A DNA stretch of 32,000 bases from an uncultured Actinomycetes bacterium (GTDB lineage Bacteria; Actinomycetota; Actinomycetes; S36-B12; CAIYMF01), in the NCBI GenBank assembly GCA_963843975.1, contig CAWJMG010000001.1, positions 210,001 to 242,000 on the forward strand, read 5' to 3'. The position numbers and the translations under genes are program-made. A model generated the notes under the pieces. The model worked only from the letters and a program-made list of their open reading frames with translations, did no database searches and had not been told where the DNA came from. Shown here piece after piece: positions 1 to 9,457 of the stretch. Each line of letters opens with the position of its first letter. Within the stretch, counting starts at the first letter, position 1.

Positions 1-57
1 CGCACTCGCCGTCGAGATCGACCAGCCCCCGTTCTAACGGGCACGCGGGGGAAGGTC

Positions 58-306
58 GTGCGACCCAACTCAGGCTCGCGAATCCCGGTCGACGTCTTCG
101 ATCAACTCACGCAACTTGTCGACCCCTCTCGCTGCCGGTTCATTGCGGCACACGCGGCCGAACGGAAGCCGAGCGCACAGACGCCGGTATCCGCTCCGTC
201 CACCTCAGCAGTCGATGAGCTGAGAAAGCTCGCAGAGCTGCGAAGGGACGGGCTCATCTCCCAGGCGGAGTTCGACGAGATGAAGGCTCACATAACCGGG
301 AAATAG
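58..306 (+). CDS. SHOCT-domain small protein (start uncertain)
   Basis: The C-terminus 'ELRKLAELRRDGLISQAEFDEMKAHI' looks like the short C-terminal oligomerisation (SHOCT) motif. The GTG at 58 is preceded by GGGGGAAGG. The frame stays open back to base 1, so the true start could lie upstream of the window. Confidence 0.5.
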   Translation: MRPNSGSRIPVDVFDQLTQLVDPSRCRFIAAHAAERKPSAQTPVSAPSTSAVDELRKLAELRRDGLISQAEFDEMKAHITGK

Positions 307-373
307 TCTCTCCCCACCGCCGGTCGCCGCCTACTGCGTAGGCGACGTCCTACGTGACGAGCCCGTGACGCGA

Positions 374-1345
374 TCAACCAGTCGTGAGGACGATCTTGCC
401 GACGACGTCGCCGGAGGCAAGGCGCTCGAACGCCGAACGCGCGTCGCGCAGGTCGAACACAGCGTCGATGGTCGGGCGCAGGCCGGTCTCGACGAGCAGG
501 GCCACGAGCGCCTCGAGCTCCTCGCGGGTGCCCATGGTCGAGCCGACGACGTTGAGCTGCAGGAAGAAGACGCGGGCGAGGTCGGCCGGCGGGTTGGGGC
601 CGCTGGTCGAGCCCGAGACGACGATCGTGCCGCCGGGGCGGAGCGCGCGCAGCGAGTGCGCCCACGTGGCCTCGCCGACGGTCTCGATCACGGCGTCGAC
701 GCGCTCAGGAAGACGAGCGCCGCTCTCGAACGCCTCGTCGGCGCCGAGCTCCACCGCGCGCACCCGCTTGGCCTCGTCGCGGCTCGTCGCCCAGACGCGG
801 TAGCCGAGCGCCTTGCCCAGCGTGATCGCCGCCGTCGCGACGCCGCCGCCCGCGCCCTGCACGAGCACGGTGTCGCCAGGCTTCAACCCGGACTTCGTCA
901 CGAGCATGCGGTACGCCGTCAGCCACGCGGTCGGGAGGCACGCGGCCTCCTCGAACGTGAGCGCGTCGGGCTTCGGCACGACGTTGCGCGCGGGCACGGC
1001 CACGGTCTCCGCGAGCGTGCCAGGGTGCTTCTCCGACAGCAGCGACCGCTTCGGGTCGAGCGTCTCGTCGCCGCCGCCCGCGGCCGGGTCGCCGATCACC
1101 TCGTGCACGATGACGGGTGTCCCGTCGTCGAGCACACCGGCCGCATCGCCGCCGAGGATCATCGGCAGCTGCTCCTCGCGCAGGCCGACGCCCTTGAGGC
1201 TCCACAGGTCGTGGTGGTTGAGGCTCGCCGCGCGCACGTGCACGCGCACCCAGCCCTCGGGCACGACGGTGTCGGGCACCTCGCCGAGGGTGAGGCCCGA
1301 CAGCGGGTCGGAGGAGCTGAAGGAGGTGGCGGTGACGGCGAACAT
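374..1345 (-). CDS. Zinc-type alcohol dehydrogenase / quinone oxidoreductase (MDR superfamily)
   Basis: The translation from the internal ATG at 1345 (MFAVTATSF...) has a GroES-like N-terminus (VRVHVRAASLNHHDLW) and a Rossmann motif (VLVQGAGGGVATAAITLGKALG). The upstream part of the 362-aa ORF is Arg/Gly-rich and looks non-coding. Confidence 0.85.
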   Translation of the reverse strand: MFAVTATSFSSSDPLSGLTLGEVPDTVVPEGWVRVHVRAASLNHHDLWSLKGVGLREEQLPMILGGDAAGVLDDGTPVIVHEVIGDPAAGGGDETLDPKRSLLSEKHPGTLAETVAVPARNVVPKPDALTFEEAACLPTAWLTAYRMLVTKSGLKPGDTVLVQGAGGGVATAAITLGKALGYRVWATSRDEAKRVRAVELGADEAFESGARLPERVDAVIETVGEATWAHSLRALRPGGTIVVSGSTSGPNPPADLARVFFLQLNVVGSTMGTREELEALVALLVETGLRPTIDAVFDLRDARSAFERLASGDVVGKIVLTTG

Positions 1346-1405
1346 GGGCCGAACGTACCCGCCCCGCTCCCCGCGCGCGCCGCAGGCGTGGGGCATCCTC
1401 TCCCC

Positions 1406-1759
1406 ATGAGCGAGCAGCCCAGCAGCAGCGACCCGACGACTGACGACGCCGGGCGACCTCAACCGCGTCGCGGGCGGGCGAAGGTCGTCGTGCTCCTCGG
1501 CGGCTTCGTCGGCACGCTCGGCGGACTGGTGTCGATCGCGCTCGTCGTGAGCTTCGCCTTCTCCGGCAGCTCGAGCTGGGGCCTGGCCTCGCTGCTCGCG
1601 CTGATCCTCAGCGTGGTCGGCGGCGGGATCGTCGCCTCGCTCGGCTTCCGCGGGCTCGGCGTACGCCCCGGCGTGCGGTCGGCGCTGCTCGGCGCGTTCA
1701 CCGGTGCCCTCGGGTTCCTCGGCCCCTGGCTGACCGCCGCCCTCCTCGCGCGCTTCTGA
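1406..1759 (+). CDS. Small integral membrane protein (hypothetical)
   Basis: This is the last 117 codons of the 464-aa shadow ORF. After MSEQPSSSDPTTDD there are three hydrophobic Gly/Leu/Val-rich segments with high GC3. It is divergent from the oxidoreductase gene. Confidence 0.5.
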   Translation: MSEQPSSSDPTTDDAGRPQPRRGRAKVVVLLGGFVGTLGGLVSIALVVSFAFSGSSSWGLASLLALILSVVGGGIVASLGFRGLGVRPGVRSALLGAFTGALGFLGPWLTAALLARF

Positions 1760-1765
1760 TCGAGG

Positions 1766-2410
1766 TCAGGTGCGCTCGAAGCGGTAGTGCGTGACGGCGT
1801 CCGACGCCTCGTGCTCGACGACGGTGTAGCCGCTGGGCCAGCCGCCAGACGGGTCCCACAAGCGCTCCCCCGCGCCGAGGGTCACCGGCGCCACGGCCAC
1901 GTGGAGCTCGTCGACGATCCCGGCCGCGAGCGCCGCACGGATGGTCGCGGCACCGCCGCCGATGCGCACGTCCTGGCCGCCTGCGGCGTCGGTGGCCCGG
2001 TCAATCGCCGCCTCGAGCCCGTCGGTCACGAAGTGGAACGTCGTCCCGCCCTCCATCGCCAGCGAGGGACGTGGGTAGTGGGTCAGCACGAAGACGTCGT
2101 GGTGGTACGGCGGGTTCGGCCCCCACCAGCCTGTCCAGGCATAGTCAGGCCACGGCCCGCGGACCGGGCCGAACATGTTGCGGCCCATGACATGTGCGCC
2201 GATGCCGACGTCGCCGCGGCGGAGCCACGCGTCGTCGATCCCTGTCGTGCCACCGGTCTTGCCCATCATCGCGTGCCCGAACTCGGTCGCGAAGATCCAC
2301 CCGGTCAGCTGCTGACCGCCGACGCCCAGCGGGTTGTCCGCGTCCTGGTCGGGACCGGCAGCGAAGCCGTCGACGGAGGTGAAGATCGAGTGCACTCGGA
2401 TGCGCGGCAT
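1766..2410 (-). CDS. Dihydrofolate-reductase-like protein (RibD C-terminal domain family), paralog 1
   Basis: MPRIRVHSIFTSVDGFAAGPDQ...VMGRNMFGP...GGGAATIRAALAAGIVDELHVAVAPVTLGAGERLW is the typical pattern of RibD_C/YwjB-type reductases. Confidence 0.8.
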   Translation of the reverse strand: MPRIRVHSIFTSVDGFAAGPDQDADNPLGVGGQQLTGWIFATEFGHAMMGKTGGTTGIDDAWLRRGDVGIGAHVMGRNMFGPVRGPWPDYAWTGWWGPNPPYHHDVFVLTHYPRPSLAMEGGTTFHFVTDGLEAAIDRATDAAGGQDVRIGGGAATIRAALAAGIVDELHVAVAPVTLGAGERLWDPSGGWPSGYTVVEHEASDAVTHYRFERT

Positions 2411-2481
2411 CCGGGAAGGCTACGCCGCAGGCGCGACCGTCGCACGACCCCGTGGATTTACGCCCGGACCGGCCACAGGCA

Positions 2482-3132
2482 TCACGTGGCACGGACGAGG
2501 CGGTAGTGGGTGACGGCATCGGACGCCTCGCGCTCGACGAGGTCGTATCCCTGCGGCCACGCGCCGTCGGCGTCCCACAGGCGCTCGCCGGCCGCCAGCA
2601 GCACCGGCACCACCACCACGTGGAGGTCGTCGACGAGCCCGCGTGCCAGCGCCGTGCGGACGGTCGCCGCACCGCCCCCGATCCGCACGTCGAGGGCGCC
2701 GGCAGCCTCGGTTGCCCGCGCGAGCGCCGGCTCGAGCCCGTCGGTCACGAAGTGGAACGTCGTGCCGCCCTCCATCAGCAGCGGCGGGCGCGCGTGATGG
2801 GTGAGCACGAAGACGTCGTGGTGGAAGGGCGGGTCGGAACCCCACCAGCCCGTCCAGGTCTCGTCCGACCACGCGCCGCGCACCGGCCCGAACATGTTGC
2901 GACCCATGACCGTGGCACCGACCCCCGCATCGCCGCGACGCAACCAGGTCTCGTCGACGCCGGTCGACCCGCTGTCGTCGTCGCCGGCCATCGCACGCCC
3001 GTACGCCGTGTCGAAGATCCAGTCGTGCAGGCGGTGACCGCCCGCGCCCAACGGATCCTCCGGGCCTTGGTCGGGCCCGGCCACGAATCCGTCGAGCGAG
3101 ACCGAGAAGCAGTGCACCCGGATGCGCGACAT
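2482..3132 (-). CDS. Dihydrofolate-reductase-like protein (RibD C-terminal domain family), paralog 2
   Basis: Starts at the ATG at 3132 (MSRIRVHCFSVSLDGFVAGPDQ...). By eye it is roughly 70% identical to the neighbouring 1766-2410 product along its whole length. Confidence 0.8.
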   Translation of the reverse strand: MSRIRVHCFSVSLDGFVAGPDQGPEDPLGAGGHRLHDWIFDTAYGRAMAGDDDSGSTGVDETWLRRGDAGVGATVMGRNMFGPVRGAWSDETWTGWWGSDPPFHHDVFVLTHHARPPLLMEGGTTFHFVTDGLEPALARATEAAGALDVRIGGGAATVRTALARGLVDDLHVVVVPVLLAAGERLWDADGAWPQGYDLVEREASDAVTHYRLVRAT

Positions 3133-3142
3133 GCGCGCGACG

Positions 3143-4357
<1,215 letters not shown>

Positions 4358-4520
4358 GGGAGGTCCTTCGGCAAGGCGGGCAGGGATGCGCGAGTGCGGT
4401 CGGGCCCGGGGCGTCAGGGTGCGGAGCATTCTCGGGTCTGGCTGCCGTGCGGGGATCACCCGCAGGCGACGAGCATCGCACGGAGCGTTCCACGAAGCCC
4501 GCTTCGGGTACGCAGTGGAG

Positions 4521-4862
4521 TCAGACCCGGCGCGGCAGCGGCAGGTAGCGCACGAAGACCCGCGCCACGAGGCAGTCGTCCGGCACGACGCCGAACAGCC
4601 GCGAGTCGTCGCTCGCCTCGGCGTTGTCGCCCTCGAGCCACCAGCCGTCGCGCTCGCGGCGTACGACGCGCTTCACCACGAGCAGCTCGGGCCGGTCCGG
4701 ACGCCGCGCCACGACGACGTCGCCCTGCTCGAGCCGGTCGGTCGAGGACAGGAACCGGCACAGCAGCCAGTCGCCGTCCGAGAGGGTCGGCTCCATCGAC
4801 GAGCCGGACACCACGACGCGCAGCAGCGGCCACCGCCGCGTCGGCGTCCTCGTGGAGTCCAT
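4521..4862 (-). CDS. sodX: Nickel-SOD maturation protease SodX (S26 signal-peptidase-like)
   Basis: 113 aa with SGSSMEPTLSDGD (Ser nucleophile) and VVKRVV (Lys). It is divergent from sodN. This is the only plausible coding part of the 684-aa shadow ORF. Confidence 0.8.
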   Translation of the reverse strand: MDSTRTPTRRWPLLRVVVSGSSMEPTLSDGDWLLCRFLSSTDRLEQGDVVVARRPDRPELLVVKRVVRRERDGWWLEGDNAEASDDSRLFGVVPDDCLVARVFVRYLPLPRRV

Positions 4863-4988
4863 CCCCGGAGCCTCCCACCGCCTCGATCCGTGCGACCTGC
4901 CTGGTGCCGTACGTCCGCTCCCGGGGTAGTGTCGCTGATCAGGCAGGACCCGTTCCCCGGAGTCCCCCGATGACCCGAGAGGCAGAAC

Positions 4989-5399
4989 ATGCTGCGTACC
5001 GTCCGACGTCTTCTTGCCCCCTCCGTCACCGTGCACGCGCACTGCGACCTCCCCTGCGGCGTGTACGACCCCGCCCAGGCGCGGATCGAGGCGCAGTCGG
5101 TGAAGGCGACGATCGAGAAGTACCACGCCTCCGACGACGAGGTCTTCAAGGCCCGCGCCGTCGCGATCAAGGAGGAGCGCTCCGACCTGGTCAAGCACCA
5201 CCTCTGGGTGCTGTGGACCGACTACTTCAAGGCGCCCCACTTCGAGAAGTACCCGAACCTCAACGGCCTGTTCAACGAGGCCACCAAGCTCGCCGGTGCC
5301 GGCGGCACCAAGGGCTCGCTCGACGTCGCCGTGGCCGACCAGCTGCTCGCGAAGATCGACGAGATCGCCGAGATCTTCTGGGAGACCAAGAAGGCCTGA
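4989..5399 (+). CDS. sodN: Nickel-containing superoxide dismutase
   Basis: A 14-aa leader is followed by the Ni-hook HCDLPCGVYDP. The rest of the protein is collinear with NiSOD. GAGAGG lies upstream of the ATG. Confidence 0.95.
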   Translation: MLRTVRRLLAPSVTVHAHCDLPCGVYDPAQARIEAQSVKATIEKYHASDDEVFKARAVAIKEERSDLVKHHLWVLWTDYFKAPHFEKYPNLNGLFNEATKLAGAGGTKGSLDVAVADQLLAKIDEIAEIFWETKKA

Positions 5400-5408
5400 T
5401 CGCCCGTA

Positions 5409-5448
5409 CGACGAGGCCCGCACCGGTTCGCCGGTGCGGGCCTCGTCG
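5409..5448 (+). terminator. Intrinsic-terminator-like hairpin after sodN
   Basis: Perfect 18-bp stem (cgacgaggcccgcaccgg / ccggtgcgggcctcgtcg) with a ttcg loop, 10 nt after the sodN stop. Confidence 0.7.
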
Positions 5449-5513
5449 CGTGCGGCCCGGCTAGGGTTGCGCCGATCGTCGGCGGGAGGTGCCGGCACGA
5501 GCGGGGGGACCCC

Positions 5514-6389
5514 ATGAGCGACGACGACCGCACGACCGACGGCACCGCGGCGGTCGACACCGCCGACTCGGCCCCGGAGGCCCCGCCCGAGCCCGCACCC
5601 GAGCCCGCGCCTGAGCCCGCGCCTGCGACGCCCGAGGGCGGCATGGCCGCCGGCTGGTACCCCGCCGAGGCCGGTCGGCTGCGCTACTTCGACGGCACGG
5701 TCTGGACGGGTGCGGTCAGCGAGGGCGCCGACGCCTCGGAGCGTGCCAGCTTCGGTGAGAAGTTCCGCCGCCGCCTCCCGATCGCGCTGCTCGTCATCAC
5801 CGCGCTGTATCTCCTCCTGCTGGTCTCGCTCGTCTCCGGCGACCCGCTGGGCCTCGTGGGGCAGAGCTCCACGGCCGCAGCGACCTATAAGGCAGGCATG
5901 GTCGCCGGGGCAGCGCTCGGCGTCGTGTTCGCGGGCCTCTTCTGGGGTGCCATCGCCTCGCTGCTCCCCGGCAAGCACAAGGACAAGGGCCTGCGCAGCA
6001 GCGTCCTGGTGCTGGTCGTGGCGATCGTGGCCGCAGCCACCGTCGGCGCCTTCGTGGGCCTGCAGCTCACGCGCGCCAAGACTGTCGAGGCGGTACCGAT
6101 CGCATCGCCGGCCGAGGGCTGCCAGGCCTTCCTCGACACCTTCGACACCGTGGCGCAGAAGAACCTGAACAACAACGACGCGCGTCCGTACTTCACCGGT
6201 CTCGCCGACGCCGCCAGGGCCAACGACCCCGCGCTCGCGGCCGACCTCGACACCATCGCCGCGGCCAAGGACCAGACCAGCGCCCAGACCGCGGTGCAGT
6301 CGATCCTCACCCGCTGCGTCACCGACGGGCACGTCACCGAGGAGACGCTGACCACGTGGCTCGACAAGATCCAGGGCTACGGAGGCTGA
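5514..6389 (+). CDS. DUF2510-like membrane protein with PEPA-repeat N-terminus
   Basis: 'AGWYPAEAGRLRYFDGTVWTG' matches the GWYPDP...RYWDG..WT pattern of DUF2510. It is followed by three or four hydrophobic helices, and there is an N-terminal (PEPA)n low-complexity region. Confidence 0.6.
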   Translation: MSDDDRTTDGTAAVDTADSAPEAPPEPAPEPAPEPAPATPEGGMAAGWYPAEAGRLRYFDGTVWTGAVSEGADASERASFGEKFRRRLPIALLVITALYLLLLVSLVSGDPLGLVGQSSTAAATYKAGMVAGAALGVVFAGLFWGAIASLLPGKHKDKGLRSSVLVLVVAIVAAATVGAFVGLQLTRAKTVEAVPIASPAEGCQAFLDTFDTVAQKNLNNNDARPYFTGLADAARANDPALAADLDTIAAAKDQTSAQTAVQSILTRCVTDGHVTEETLTTWLDKIQGYGG

Positions 6390-6432
6390 GGATCCTGGCC
6401 GGGGTGCGCACGACGGTGAGAGGCTCGGGCGC

Positions 6433-6855
6433 ATGACCCAGGACCCTTCGGGCGCCGGATCGGTGGTCGACCTCGTCGCGACGCTCGACGACGCGACGGC
6501 CGCCGACTGCCGGGTGCTCATGGACCTGATGGCGCGCATCAGCGGCGCGCAGCCTGAGATCTGGAACGTCGGCACGATCGGCTACGACTCGTACCACTTC
6601 GCATACGACAGCGGCCGCGAGGGCGAGGGCCACGCGCTCGGCTTCTACCCCCGCAAGGGCAGGACGACCGTCTACCTCATGGACGGCACCGACCGGCACA
6701 CCGAGCTCCTCACCCAGCTCGGCAAGCACACGACGAGCCGCGTGTGCGTCTACCTCAAGCGGCTCGGCGACGTCGACCTCGGCGTGCTCGAGAAGATCCT
6801 GCGGTCGTCGTACGCCTACCTGAAGGAGAACGAAGGGAACGTGAAGCGTGTCTGA
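6433..6855 (+). CDS. DUF1801 (YdhG-like) domain protein
   Basis: 140 aa. The pattern 'IWNVGTIGYDSYHFAYDSGREGEGHALGFYPRKGRTTVYL...VCVYLKRLGDVDLGVLEKIL' resembles the YdhG/DUF1801 family. Confidence 0.6.
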   Translation: MTQDPSGAGSVVDLVATLDDATAADCRVLMDLMARISGAQPEIWNVGTIGYDSYHFAYDSGREGEGHALGFYPRKGRTTVYLMDGTDRHTELLTQLGKHTTSRVCVYLKRLGDVDLGVLEKILRSSYAYLKENEGNVKRV

Positions 6856-7396
6856 GGCAACCGGCATCACGGGCACCATCCGGCCGGCGACGCCCGAGGA
6901 CGTGCCGGAGATCCTCGCGATGATCCGCGAGCTCGCCGAGTACGAGCGGGCCGCGCACGAGGTGGAGACCACCGAGGAGCAGCTCACCGCTCTGCTGTTC
7001 GGCGGCATCGTGGACGGCGTGGCTACGACGACGCCGAGCGGTGCTCCGGCGGCGTACGCGCACGTGGTCGACCACCCGGACGCCGACGCCGGGACCCGGC
7101 TCGGCGCGTTCGCCCTGTGGTTCCTCAACACCTCGACCTGGACAGGCACGCACGGCGTCTACCTGGAGGACCTCTACGTGCGTCCGGCGCTGCGCGGCAC
7201 CGGCTACGGCAAGCGGCTGCTCGCGACCCTCGCGCAGGTGTGCCTCGACCGCGGCTACCGCCGGCTCGAGTGGTGGGTGCTCGACTGGAACGAGCCCGCG
7301 CTCGGGTTCTACCGCTCGATCGGCGCCGAGCCGATGGACGAGTGGACCGTGCACCGGGTCACCGGCGCCGCCCTCGACGACCTCGCCCGCGGCTGA
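6848..7396 (+). CDS. GNAT family N-acetyltransferase
   Basis: Acetyl-CoA motif LYVRPALRGTGYGKRLL and a C-terminal WNEPALGFYRSIGAEP. The GTG start overlaps the upstream stop by 8 nt. Confidence 0.8.
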   Translation: MSEATGITGTIRPATPEDVPEILAMIRELAEYERAAHEVETTEEQLTALLFGGIVDGVATTTPSGAPAAYAHVVDHPDADAGTRLGAFALWFLNTSTWTGTHGVYLEDLYVRPALRGTGYGKRLLATLAQVCLDRGYRRLEWWVLDWNEPALGFYRSIGAEPMDEWTVHRVTGAALDDLARG

Positions 7397-7421
7397 CCGA
7401 GAGGGTCAGAGGTCGAGCGGC

Positions 7422-7865
7422 TCAGAGGTCGAGCGCCTCGCCGGTGCGCGGCACGAAGGCGCAGACGAGCCCGACCACTGCGACGACCAGGACGGCCCAG
7501 CCGATCAGGTGGGTGCTGTCTCCGTCGCCCTGCAGCAGGGTCCAGCCGGTGACCAGCGCGAAGAGCTGGATCACGACGAACGGCGTGCGCGACCAGCGAC
7601 GGCGCTGCCACAGGCCCTTGACCACCAGCACGATGCCGACGGCGAACGTCAGGTAGATCAGGGCCTCGACCGCAGGGGCCGCGACCGACCCGGGGTTCTG
7701 GGTGCCCGACAGCGCGATGCCCGCGGTGTAGGCAAGGACCGCCAGCCCCTCCAACGCCGCGATGGCGATGGCGGCGAGCAGCGTGGGCGGGCGACTGCCC
7801 GCAGGCACGGCGTCGTCGGGTGCAGGGACGGCATCGGACGGGACGGGCTCGGTCACGACGTCCAC
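7422..7865 (-). CDS. Integral membrane protein (4 predicted TM helices)
   Basis: Four hydrophobic segments (LLAAIAIAALEGLAVLAY, ALIYLTFAVGIVLVV, FVVIQLFALVTGWTLL, IGWAVLVVAVVGLVCAF). The start is uncertain: GTG at 7865 or 7856. The upstream part of the ORF looks non-coding. Confidence 0.6.
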   Translation of the reverse strand: MDVVTEPVPSDAVPAPDDAVPAGSRPPTLLAAIAIAALEGLAVLAYTAGIALSGTQNPGSVAAPAVEALIYLTFAVGIVLVVKGLWQRRRWSRTPFVVIQLFALVTGWTLLQGDGDSTHLIGWAVLVVAVVGLVCAFVPRTGEALDL

Positions 7866-7896
7866 CCTGCCAGACGAACCGACGTAGGCTCGGCAG

Positions 7897-8835
7897 GTGC
7901 GCGCTCTCCTCGTCGTCAACCCGTCGGCGACCACCACGAGCCCACGCGCGCGCGAGGTCATCGTCCACGCGCTCTCGAGTGCCGTCGACCTCGACGTCGC
8001 CGACACCCTCCGCCGCGGTCACGCCCAGGATCTCGCCCGTCAGGCCCGCCGCGACGGGGTCGACCACGTGCTCGTGCTCGGCGGCGACGGCACGGTGAAC
8101 GAGGTGGTCAACGGCCTCCTCGCCGACGGCCCGGGCCACGACGTGCCCGTGCTCGGCGCGATCCCGGGCGGGTCGGCCAACGTCTTTGCTCGGGGAGTCG
8201 GGCTGCCCGACGACCCGATCGAGGCCACCGGCGCCGTCATCGAGGCCATCGAGCACAAGCGCAGCCGCACGATCGGCCTCGGCACCGCCGAGTGGGACGG
8301 CGGCGTGCGGTGGTTCCTCTGCAACGCCGGCCTCGGCGTCGACGCCGAGATCATCGAGGACATGGAGAGCCAGCGGGCCCGCGGCCACGACGCCACCCCC
8401 GCCCGCTACTTCCAGACCGCCGTGTCGCACATCGTCGTCAAGACCGAGCGCCGCGAGCCGGCGCTCACCGTGCGCCGCCCGGGCGTGCCGGACGTCGAGG
8501 GTGTCTTCCTCGCGATCGTCCAGAACTCCTCGCCGTGGACCTACCTCGGGCCGCTGCCGGTCGACCCGTGCCCGCGGGCGTCGTACGACACCGGGCTCGA
8601 CCTGTTCGCCCCCCGGAGCCTCGCGATCGTCCACGCCCTCGGCTACGTGCGCCGGATGCTCTCGCGCCGCCGCTCGACGTATCCCTTCGGCGGGGTGCTG
8701 TCGCTGCACGACCAGAGCGAGCTCGCGGTGACCTCCGCTCGCCCGATCCAGCTCCAGGTTGACGGCGACTCCGCCGGTCTCACCAGGGGGGTCACGTTCC
8801 GTTCCGTGCCGAAGGCCCTGTCCGTGCTCGTGTAG
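7897..8835 (+). CDS. Diacylglycerol-kinase-family lipid kinase
   Basis: DAGK catalytic-domain signature VLVLGGDGTVNEVVNGL and IPGGSANVFAR. It sits immediately upstream of whiB1, as I recall for mycobacteria. Confidence 0.85.
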   Translation: MRALLVVNPSATTTSPRAREVIVHALSSAVDLDVADTLRRGHAQDLARQARRDGVDHVLVLGGDGTVNEVVNGLLADGPGHDVPVLGAIPGGSANVFARGVGLPDDPIEATGAVIEAIEHKRSRTIGLGTAEWDGGVRWFLCNAGLGVDAEIIEDMESQRARGHDATPARYFQTAVSHIVVKTERREPALTVRRPGVPDVEGVFLAIVQNSSPWTYLGPLPVDPCPRASYDTGLDLFAPRSLAIVHALGYVRRMLSRRRSTYPFGGVLSLHDQSELAVTSARPIQLQVDGDSAGLTRGVTFRSVPKALSVLV

Positions 8836-9030
8836 GTCGCCTGCAAGCGATTACTCGTGACTCAGTGTGACGGACGTGATAACGATTACGTCTCACAGAT
8901 CGGGACGGATCCTTTACACCCCGCGAGACGGTGTGTGAGGGTTGAGCCCTGTCGGTCCGCCACCGTGCGACCGACGGCCCCGTGTGCAACCGTTGCCGCG
9001 CAAGCGGAGGACGGTCACGTCCGGGGACTT

Positions 9031-9046
9031 CGTGACAGCGTTCACA
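9031..9046 (+). promoter_or_regulatory. CRP/GlxR-type cAMP receptor protein binding site upstream of whiB1
   Basis: cGTGAcagcgtTCACA matches TGTGA-N6-TCACA at 9 of 10 half-site positions. It is centred about 71 nt upstream of the whiB1 ATG. A weaker site, TGTGAcggacgTGATA, lies at 8866-8881. Confidence 0.5.
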
Positions 9047-9109
9047 AGGCGCTGGAGCGGATCACCAGAACACCGACGGTGCGATCGCACCGCCTATTGG
9101 AGGAGACGC

Positions 9110-9367
9110 ATGGACTGGCGCCACGAGGCGGCCTGCCGTGACGAGGACCCCGAGCTCTTCTTCCCGATCGGCAACACCGGCCCGGCCCTCATGCAGATCG
9201 AAGAGGCCAAGGCCGTCTGCCGTCGTTGCCCCGTCGTCGACACCTGTCTCACCTGGGCCCTCGAGTCCGGGCAGGACGCCGGTGTCTGGGGCGGTCTCTC
9301 CGAGGACGAGCGTCGCGCGCTCAAGCGCCGCAACGCCCGCGCTCGCGCCGCCCGCGCGGGTCTGTAG
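9110..9367 (+). CDS. whiB1: WhiB-family [4Fe-4S] transcription factor, WhiB1/WblE type
   Basis: MDWRHEAACRDEDPELFFPIGNTGPALMQIEEAKAVCRRCPV..C..WAL...GVWGG..E.ERRALKRR is near-collinear with M. tuberculosis WhiB1 as I remember it. There are four Cys residues. GGAGGAG lies 5 nt before the ATG. Confidence 0.95.
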   Translation: MDWRHEAACRDEDPELFFPIGNTGPALMQIEEAKAVCRRCPVVDTCLTWALESGQDAGVWGGLSEDERRALKRRNARARAARAGL

Positions 9368-9409
9368 ACCAGACCGAGGCAGCCGCAGAGCAGCTCAGCA
9401 GTCGTCAAT

Positions 9410-9443
9410 GTGGGGCCGGTCCTTCGGGACCGGCCCCACATCG
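9410..9443. terminator. Bidirectional terminator hairpin between convergent whiB1 and the M4 peptidase gene
   Basis: Perfect 15-bp stem (atgtggggccggtcc / ggaccggccccacat) with a ttcg loop. Confidence 0.75.
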
Positions 9444-9457
9444 CTGTTCGGTGACGG

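Noticed and set aside
365-1759. 464-aa plus-strand ORF
   Set aside because: It is antisense to the well-supported MDR oxidoreductase and Arg/Asp/Gly-rich. Only its last 117 codons (1406-1759, a membrane protein) are plausible.
5560-5640. Short tandem repeats (cccgagcccgc units; similar gggctcgggctc units at 22440-22640)
   Set aside because: They encode Pro/Glu/Ala low-complexity protein segments, (PEPA)n in the DUF2510 protein and in the PilT N-terminus. They are not CRISPR or non-coding satellite repeats.
4521-6575. 684-aa minus-strand ORF spanning sodX, sodN and the DUF2510 gene region
   Set aside because: Only the last 113 codons (sodX) look like protein. The rest is Arg/Gly/Ala-rich antisense shadow of clearly real plus-strand genes (sodN, DUF2510 protein), which is typical of high-GC DNA.
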